Shown here one piece after another: positions 57,375 to 64,000 of a DNA stretch of 64,000 bases (within the stretch, counting starts at the first letter, position 1; each line of letters begins with the position of its first letter). The stretch comes from an uncultured Planctomycetota bacterium (GTDB lineage Bacteria > Planctomycetota > Planctomycetia > Isosphaerales > Isosphaeraceae), in contig CAWJTV010000019.1 in assembly GCA_963845755.1 (NCBI GenBank), forward strand, positions 288,001 to 352,000, in the 5' to 3' direction. The position numbers and the translations under genes were made by a program. The notes below the pieces were generated by a model that saw only the letters and a list, made by a program, of their open reading frames with translations, was not told the origin of the DNA and searched no databases.

Positions 57375-57406
57375 TCTTCTCTGTGCCCTCTGTGACTTTG
57401 TAGTGA
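57375..57406 (-). repeat. CACCACAGAG-family repeat, solo copy
   Basis: TCACTACAAAGTCACAGAGGGCACAGAGAAGA matches 63331-63362. Confidence 0.7.
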
Positions 57407-57418
57407 GTCTCTTTTGAT

Positions 57419-57508
57419 TAGACTTTATCGGGAATAAGGTCTTTCGCCATTTTTCGCCGGTTTTTTCAGGGGTTTTGGGGCACGAAACCTTATTCCCGAT
57501 AAAGTCTA
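57419..57508. mobile_element. 90-bp miniature inverted-repeat element
   Basis: Perfect 22-bp IR TAGACTTTATCGGGAATAAGGT / ACCTTATTCCCGATAAAGTCTA. Confidence 0.7.
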
Positions 57509-57530
57509 TTGGTTGGTTGCGGCTCGGCCG

Positions 57531-57589
57531 CGCTGTGAGCACGGTGTTCGGCAGAGCAACGGGGATTCGTGCTCACAGAGCACCCTACA
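57531..57589. repeat. REP-like doublet with GTAG foot
   Basis: ctgtgagcacg ... cgtgctcacagagcaccctaca. Confidence 0.6.
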
Positions 57590-57607
57590 GAGACCTTACA
57601 AAATGCT

Positions 57608-58970
57608 CTAAACGTGGAGCGACCAGGGCTTGCGATACTCGTAGTGCAGGAGCTGGTTGGCTTCGTCGCAGTGGATGAATCGTTCGGCCTGGGGGTCCCA
57701 GTCGAGCCGTTTGCGGGTGGCCAGGGCGATATTCGCCAGGTGGGCGAAGGTGGTCGAGCGGTGGCCCTCCTCGACGTCGGCGATGGGCCGCTTGCGGCCC
57801 TTGACGTTGTCGAGGAAGTCGCGGGCGGCCTGCTGGTCGAGATCGCCATCAGTCGCCTTGACGACCAGGCCCTTCCGCCGGGGCTTGGGGTCCTGGAACG
57901 CGCCGCCGCGCTCGGGGACGATTTCGTAACCCCGGATGGTCGCATACGCGGTCCCGAGCGTGCCGCGGAGCTCGACCTCGGCGCCGCGGCCGAGCACCGG
58001 CTGGCCATTGGCCTCGTAGATGCTGAAGACGCTGAGCATGCCCGAAGCATGCTCGAAGATCGCCTCGCTGGTATCGGGAATCGTGCGGTCGTCATCGACG
58101 GCGAACCGCCCGCCGTGCGCCGAGACGCTCGCCGGGGCCAGCTCCCCGGTCAGCCATCGGATCAGGTCGAAGTAATGGACGCCCCAGTTCGCCATTTGCG
58201 ACGAGTAGAGGTCCCACCACCGGAACTTGTAGGGCATGATCGTCGCCTGAAACGGGCGCGACGGCCTCGGGCCGAGCCAGAGGTCCCAGTCCAGATCGGC
58301 CGGCGGTGCGGATGCGGGGGCGTGACCGATCCCGGCGGGAGTCATGTTATTGCTGAACGCGGCGCGGGCTACGGTCACCTTGCCGAGTGCCCCGGAGCGG
58401 ACCGTTTCGGCGAGCTGGGCGTACATCCGTGACGAACGCCGATGCGTGCCGACCTGGACGATCCGGTCGTACTTTCGCGCCGCGTTGACCATCGCCCGGC
58501 CCTCGACGACCGTCATCGACATCGGCTTCTCGACGTAGACGTCCTTCCCCGCCTGGCAGGCGGCGATCATCTGGATGGCGTGCCAGTGGTCGGGCGTGGC
58601 GATCACCACGGCTTCGACATCCTTGTTGTCGAGCACCGCGCGGAAATCCTTCACGCGGGCGACGTCCCCCTCGATCTTCGGCATCTGGGCCCGGCGCCCG
58701 CCCAGGCCGTCGAACCGCGGGTCGACGCCGCTCGTAAGCCCCGTGAAGGTACGGCTCGTAGACGTCGCACAGCGCGACGACCTGGGCGTCGGGATGGGCC
58801 AGGAAGCCCTTCAGGAGCTGGCAACCGCGATTGCCGACGCCGATGAAGCCCAGCCGGATCCGTTCGTTGGCCCCGAGCACGCGGCCCGGCGCCAGGCTCA
58901 CCGCGGAGGCCGCAGTCGCCGCCGCCAGGGTGGTCTTCGAAAACGTCCGACGGTCGATTTTCTGTGACAT
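57608..58970 (-). CDS. Gfo/Idh/MocA oxidoreductase with Tat signal (frameshifted)
   Basis: DRRTFSK, GFIGVGNRG, ATPDHWH, DVYVEKPM, NWGVHYFD. Confidence 0.92.
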
Positions 58971-59131
58971 GCTCGGAGTCTCCAACGGGTTGTGGTCCGC
59001 GGCACCTAAAGCCCTTCACGCCCATGAGACATCGCGATCGTCGCGAAGTCAATGACGCGGCGGGCCGGCGCTGGTGCGGCCGACACTTCGTCCGTTGTAG
59101 AATGATCGAAGAGGATTCAGGAGACCAAGCG

Positions 59132-59693
59132 ATGTTAAAGCACATCACCTTGAAGCTGATTGCGACTCTCCTGGCAATCGTCGTCACGTCGCCGGCGGTG
59201 GCCTTCGGTCCTGGGGAAGCGGCTGGCGGTCGCCGGCCGGCTCCAACGATCAAGGCGTTCCCCAAGGGCACCGATTTCGTCGTCCTCGTCTGGTATCGCC
59301 GCGACGATCCGCTGGGGACCTTCGAGCATCAGTTCTACGACGTGCGCAAGGGAGAGTACACCTCGGGGGTTGACGACTGGCTCACGGCTCATGCGTACGA
59401 AATACGCCGACTATCTCGTCGTGGTGCGGCCGGTTCGACCTGAGCCGCGAGCGCGGCGAGACCGAGAAGCTCAAGGTGGGATCGGTCATCCATCGCGAGC
59501 TGATGATCGCCGCCGCCCGGTCCGGCGTGGTCGTCGGGGCACCGATCACCATCAGCCCAGGGCCGTACGCCGGTCAAGCTCCGTCGTCGAGCGTCAATCG
59601 AATGCCCACTGTCGGCGGGGGTGACCGGAGTTACCTCAACGCCCCGGTCCCTCGTTCCCGGTTCCCATGCCGTATCCGCGGCCTCATCCGTGA
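59132..59693 (+). CDS. Hypothetical exported protein (frameshifted)
   Basis: Signal peptide; VLVWYRRDDPL..YDVRKGEY; Pro-rich C-terminus PMPYPRPHP* reached across frames. Confidence 0.55.
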
Positions 59694-59745
59694 TGGACTG
59701 CCCCGACTGCTGGTGACGGCGTATTGTCGTTCGAGACACGAGGAA

Positions 59746-61206
59746 ATGTCGGACATGCGAACCTGGATCATCGGCAGCGCCGCAGATTGCGACCTCGTCG
59801 TCACGCGACCGACGGTATCGGGGCGTCATTGCCGCCTGTCCGAGACACCTGGCGGCTTCCTCATCGAGGATCTGGGGTCGTCGAATGGGACGTACGTCAA
59901 TGGCGTGTGGATCGGGGCGTCGACACGCATCGCGCCCACTGACACCGTCACGCTGGGCCTGTCGATCCTCATGCCCTGGCCCGTGGTCGCCGGTGCGCCG
60001 GGAGTGACGATCATCGGGATCGGCCGGGCTGAGGACAACAAGATCGTCGTCGATGACCCGAGGGTCTCCGGCCATCATGCCCGGCTGCTCGTCGTCCCGG
60101 GATCGAAGGCGATGGTCGAGGATCTCGGCTCGTCCAACGGGACATTCGTGAATTCCGTCGATCGGCGGGTCATCCAGGCTGTCCCGATCACGGAATCCGA
60201 CACACTCTACCTGGGATCGCTGGCGATCCCGGTCGCTCAGCTCCTGCCCGCGCGACCCAAGACCGAGACGGCAGTCCCTCTGCCGATCGCGCCCATCGCA
60301 CCGATCGCGCCCATCGCACCGATCGCGCGACCGATCCCGACGCCGGAACCGCGTCCACTTCCCGTTCCACTCCCGCTTCCGGTTTCCGCACCGGCACCCG
60401 CGGCTTCGACGACCGCACCGGGATCTGCTCGTCGATGGGCGATCTATCTGCTGGTCCCTGCGCCGGTCCTGGCGATCCTGGTCGTCCTGATCTTCGGACG
60501 ACAGACCGTTGCGGGGAGCGCGGGGGCGAATGAGGCACTCGGTCGCACAGGGCATCGCCGCGACGACCTTCGCCCTGGGAGTGGCCGCGATCGGACTGGC
60601 GCTTCCCTGGCAGTTTGGGCCGCGGTCGTCGGTCGGCCGACCCGCGGGGGCGCGGGCACCATCGGGGCCAGGCTCCTCGCTTTCCCAGCGGTGCGGATCG
60701 TGACGCTCGTCGTCCTGTGCGTCCTCCAGTGCGCGGTGCTGCTGACGATCGTTCATTGGGGGAGCGGCTTGAAGGGCGATTGGCTGGCGATGTTCGGCGT
60801 GCTGATGCTGGGGGCGGGAGTGGGGTTGTCGCTCGGGTTAGCCGTATTCGCCCTGAGCCGAAGCGCCGTCGCCACCGCCGGGGTCTTGGTCCTGAGCCTT
60901 CTGTCGATGATCGCGCTGGGCGGATGGGTCCGGCCGCTGCCCGCGATGAGCCCGAACGTCCGGACGGCGGCGGCAGCCATGCCTTCGCGCTGGGCGTTCG
61001 AAGGTCTCCTCTTGCTCGAAGCCGACCGACGTTTGTCGCCCGAGGGCACCGAGCCCAACCCGAACCGCGACCTCAGCGAGGACGTCTTCCCGGCCGGGTC
61101 CGAGCGAATGGGCGTGACCGCCGACGCGATGGCCCTGGGATTCATGCTGATCGGCTTGACGGCCACGGCAGCGTTCATTTCGTCGAGCTGGAAGCCTTCG
61201 CAATAA
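59746..61206 (+). CDS. Tandem FHA-domain membrane protein with ABC-permease-like TM domain
   Basis: IIGS..VSGRH..EDLGSSNGTYVNG; IGR..VSGHH..EDLGSSNGTFVN; Pro-rich linker; TM region ending AMPSRWAFEGL. Confidence 0.85.
   Translation: MSDMRTWIIGSAADCDLVVTRPTVSGRHCRLSETPGGFLIEDLGSSNGTYVNGVWIGASTRIAPTDTVTLGLSILMPWPVVAGAPGVTIIGIGRAEDNKIVVDDPRVSGHHARLLVVPGSKAMVEDLGSSNGTFVNSVDRRVIQAVPITESDTLYLGSLAIPVAQLLPARPKTETAVPLPIAPIAPIAPIAPIARPIPTPEPRPLPVPLPLPVSAPAPAASTTAPGSARRWAIYLLVPAPVLAILVVLIFGRQTVAGSAGANEALGRTGHRRDDLRPGSGRDRTGASLAVWAAVVGRPTRGGAGTIGARLLAFPAVRIVTLVVLCVLQCAVLLTIVHWGSGLKGDWLAMFGVLMLGAGVGLSLGLAVFALSRSAVATAGVLVLSLLSMIALGGWVRPLPAMSPNVRTAAAAMPSRWAFEGLLLLEADRRLSPEGTEPNPNRDLSEDVFPAGSERMGVTADAMALGFMLIGLTATAAFISSSWKPSQ
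60283..60328 (+). repeat. 9/18-bp coding tandem repeat, (PIA)5
   Basis: ccgatcgcgcccatcgca repeated 2.5 times. Confidence 0.8.
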
Positions 61207-62306
61207 GTTCTTTCAACTCCTTCAAGCGCTTCCGGGCGGCTGTGTGGGCGCGGAGATGGTTGTTGACCAGGGAGGACTTGGCCTTGGGGTCCGGCTGTAC
61301 CCGGCCATTGGGAAAACCGTGGGACGCCGCGTACTGCTCCAGTTTGCGGAGGAACATCAGCGACTTGTACGGGCTGCGGCCGGACTGGCTCATCCGCTGA
61401 TAAGTCCAGACATCGGCCTCGTACTCGAGTGGATCGGGGTAACCGAAGGGGATGATGATCATGTAGAGCTTTTGGAGGGTTCCCATGTTGATATTCATCA
61501 CTCCTGGATCTTGAAGACACCGGATCGCGTGCCCAAGCTCGACGTGGGCGATCTCGTGGCCGATGACGAATTCCAGGACATAATCCTCGTCCTCGCCGAT
61601 CAGGTTGAAGAGCCCCCGACTGACGTAAACGAATCGCCCCGGATGGGAGAAGGCGTTCACGGCATCGGAATCCAGGACCGTGAATGTGTACTCCGGATCC
61701 TTGCGAGCGAGGGTCTTGAGGAAGGGTTCGGCAGCCGCTTCCATGCGAGCTTGCCAGGAGCCGGACTTCTCGGGCGGGTTGAGAAGCAGGATGCAGCTGG
61801 TGCAGTTCGCGGCCGATCTGGAGTTCGTCCTGAGTCGTGAGATTCGCGAGGTCCCAGGACTTCGCGAGTTCGGGCTGATCCCAGAATGGGTCGAGTTTCC
61901 GTGCCGGTTTTTCCGGAGCGGCGACCTTGGCGGCTGTCGCTTCCGGCGCGGGAGCCGTGGTTGGGATGGGCGCGGATGTCAGCGGAGGCTTGGTTTCGAC
62001 GACGACGGTGATGGGCGTGGTGGGCGGCGATGCTTCCTTGGCGGATCCTGGCAGCGGAGGCGTCTCCGGGGATTTCACCGCCACTTCGGTCTTTGGGGAA
62101 GCGGGCGCGGGGGGCGTCATGGCCGGGACGCCTTTCGCCTCCTCTTCGGGAGGAACCGGCGCGGGCGGTGCTGTCTCGGCCGCCGCGAGCCTTTCCCGGC
62201 GCAGGTGCAACGATTCCCGATACGACTCGCCCTGAAGGCCGATGAGCCAGATCGAGCCGGCCACGTAGAGACATCCCACGATCGCGGCGACGACGTAGCG
62301 GATCAT
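61175..62306 (-). CDS. M48 family metallopeptidase with N-terminal anchor and Pro-rich linker (frameshifted)
   Basis: VNAFSHPG, FVIGHEIAHVE, EYEAD. Confidence 0.85.
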
Positions 62307-62324
62307 GTCACTGTGCCTCTCGCC

Positions 62325-63296
62325 TCATTTATCGGGTGCCTCTACGGCCCCCTTGAGCTTGTCGCGCTGCTGGACGAGCGATGCATGAAGATCGGGGTAG
62401 AGTTGCCTCTCCTCCGGGCTATCGGCAGGAGCGAACGTAAGATTATATTTGTGCATGAAGACCCGCAGATCATTCACGGTCGTGCCGGAATACCGGTCGA
62501 TCTCTCCCAGGGTCCGCTCCACTTTCTGGTGTTTCAGAATGTCCACGGAGTTCTTCAGCTCATTCAATTGTTTCTTCGCGTCGAGATAGATGGTGTCGCG
62601 GCCCGGCACGGATTGGTCGTTCAGCTTGCGGTCGAGGTCGTCCACGGCCTTGTCGAGGGTCCTGAGGGTCGGCTCCTGCAACTTCCCCTCAATCGCCGCT
62701 TCGAGGACATTGTCCAGGGCGCGTTCATACGCCTGGCGATCGAGGTCAAACCGCGTCCCGCGGAAGGCCATGGGCCACTTCTGCTTGCTCCGGAGCGTGA
62801 GCCGGCTCATCGAGAAGATGGCTTTCTTCTCGGCGAGCTTGAAGGGGATGCGCCGCACGACGTCGACCGGAAGCGGGACCTCGGCATAGCGGAAGGAGGA
62901 GTCGGAAATCTTGGGGTTCATGAGGTCATTCAAGACGACATTCAGGGCATTGCCGCTCAAGACATCGAGCTTCTCCGGGCTCTCGAGGTAGCGCTGGTGG
63001 GCCTTGTCGTATTCTTCCTTCTCCTTCGCTCGGTCCGCCGCGCGGTGCGCGGCGAGCTCCCGGCTACCGTTCTTGACACACGCATCGACGTATTCATTCC
63101 ACCGGATGGCCGTGTCGGTATTGATGGAGTTGGCCTGGGCCGTGTGGAGGTTGAACTGTCCCATCCCCGCGGCTTCGATCCCCACCCCGCGGAGGTAATC
63201 GCCCGCGACCGTCGAGCCGGCCCCGATGTTTTGTGCCCGGGCCGGCGTTCCCAGCAGGATCGGAATCAGCAGGACTCCCAGGATTCTTCGCGCCAT
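62325..63296 (-). CDS. Hypothetical exported helical protein
   Basis: 323-aa ORF with signal peptide (PARA-Q) and GAGGGAG RBS. Confidence 0.75.
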   Translation of the reverse strand: MARRILGVLLIPILLGTPARAQNIGAGSTVAGDYLRGVGIEAAGMGQFNLHTAQANSINTDTAIRWNEYVDACVKNGSRELAAHRAADRAKEKEEYDKAHQRYLESPEKLDVLSGNALNVVLNDLMNPKISDSSFRYAEVPLPVDVVRRIPFKLAEKKAIFSMSRLTLRSKQKWPMAFRGTRFDLDRQAYERALDNVLEAAIEGKLQEPTLRTLDKAVDDLDRKLNDQSVPGRDTIYLDAKKQLNELKNSVDILKHQKVERTLGEIDRYSGTTVNDLRVFMHKYNLTFAPADSPEERQLYPDLHASLVQQRDKLKGAVEAPDK

Positions 63297-63330
63297 GTTC
63301 GACTCCCTCGGTTTGATCGATCCGGATAGT

Positions 63331-63519
63331 TCACCACAGAGTCACAGAGAGCACAGAGAAGACAGGAACAACCAGAACTCGATCCCGGATTCCTCACCAC
63401 AGAATCACAGACAGTATAGAAGATAATGAAACATGATAATCTATAAATTATACCGAATTGCGATCATAACGTCTTTCCGCCTTTTCGTATTCTCTGTGTA
63501 ATCTGTGACTCTGTGGTGA
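63331..63519. repeat. CACCACAGAG repeat cluster (2 direct, 1 inverted)
   Basis: Copies at 63331-63362, 63394-63423 and inverted at 63490-63519. Confidence 0.8.
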
Positions 63520-63567
63520 ACCAATCCGATCCAAGCCTCTCTCGGTTCGCCCCATCGGAAAACCGGG

Positions 63568-63958
63568 CTAGAGCTTCCTGCGTTTGATCCCTTCCTTGAG
63601 CAATCGCACATTGAAGTTGATCAGGAGCCCCTTCGAGATCTTCGCGAGTTTCATGTAGGTGAGCAACTGGGCTTCATGGATCGGCGACGAGTTCATGGAC
63701 CGCCTTGACCTCGACGATCAGCAGGCCGGGGAGGAGGATGTCGATGCGGAGGTCGTCGTCCAGGGCACGGCCTTTGTAAATGATCGGAAGCGGGTCCTGT
63801 CGTCGGAACTCGATCCCGCGCTGTTCGAGCTCATAACAAAGACACGTCTCATAGACCGATTCCAGCAATCCCGGCCCCAGGATGCGGTGGACCTCGATCG
63901 CCGCGCCGATGATCGATTCGGTAAGAATGTCGCGTTCATTGATCGGATCAGGTGTCAT
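63568..63958 (-). CDS. GxxExxY family PD-(D/E)xK-like protein (frameshift near 63680)
   Basis: [51 protein letters not shown]. Confidence 0.92.
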
Positions 63959-64000
63959 CGAACCTTGTTTCTCCGGATGACTCTAGTTCTCCCAAAAACC

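Noticed and set aside
59476..59745. N-terminal extension of the FHA protein
   Set aside because: Belongs to the upstream frameshifted gene; the FHA gene has its own RBS and ATG at 59746
63331..63519. CRISPR array
   Set aside because: Only three degenerate repeats, one inverted, irregular spacing and no cas genes

Overview
GC-rich bacterial chromosomal window with strong Planctomycetota hallmarks, probably Isosphaeraceae-like (inference): DUF1559, LEPR-XLL-type exported protein, PEP-CTERM proteins, many ECF sigma factors, Uma2 nucleases, BlaI/M56 pair and GxxExxY. At least 15 genes are split by single-base frameshifts, most simply explained as uncorrected long-read indels, so they are reported as joined CDSs. 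Main blocks: (1) 1-10.8 kb, a multi-sensor histidine kinase, an amidohydrolase, a HEPN-like two-gene module, an IS5 element inside a dead ECF gene, and a DUF1559/lipoprotein pair; (2) 10.8-18.1 kb, an XPB-like helicase/DUF790 pair split by a TA remnant and a MITE, two Uma2 genes, a pseudouridine synthase and an ABC-type AAA ATPase/DUF3226 pair; (3) 18.1-22.2 kb, an ABC exporter operon; (4) 22.4-37.8 kb, an ECF-sigma/Ser-Thr kinase/PEP-CTERM regulatory island with a repeated GTAACY-N15-GGCAC-like promoter motif, a duplicated leader hairpin, a 424-bp MITE and a one-ended IS3 fused in frame to a PEP-CTERM gene; (5) 38.2-46.7 kb, a giant TPR/alpha-2-macroglobulin-family gene; (6) 46.7-64 kb, repair, lipid, peptidase, oxidoreductase and FHA genes plus GxxExxY with its repeats. 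No rRNA, tRNA or CRISPR array was seen. All family calls come from motif recognition by eye, not database searches.
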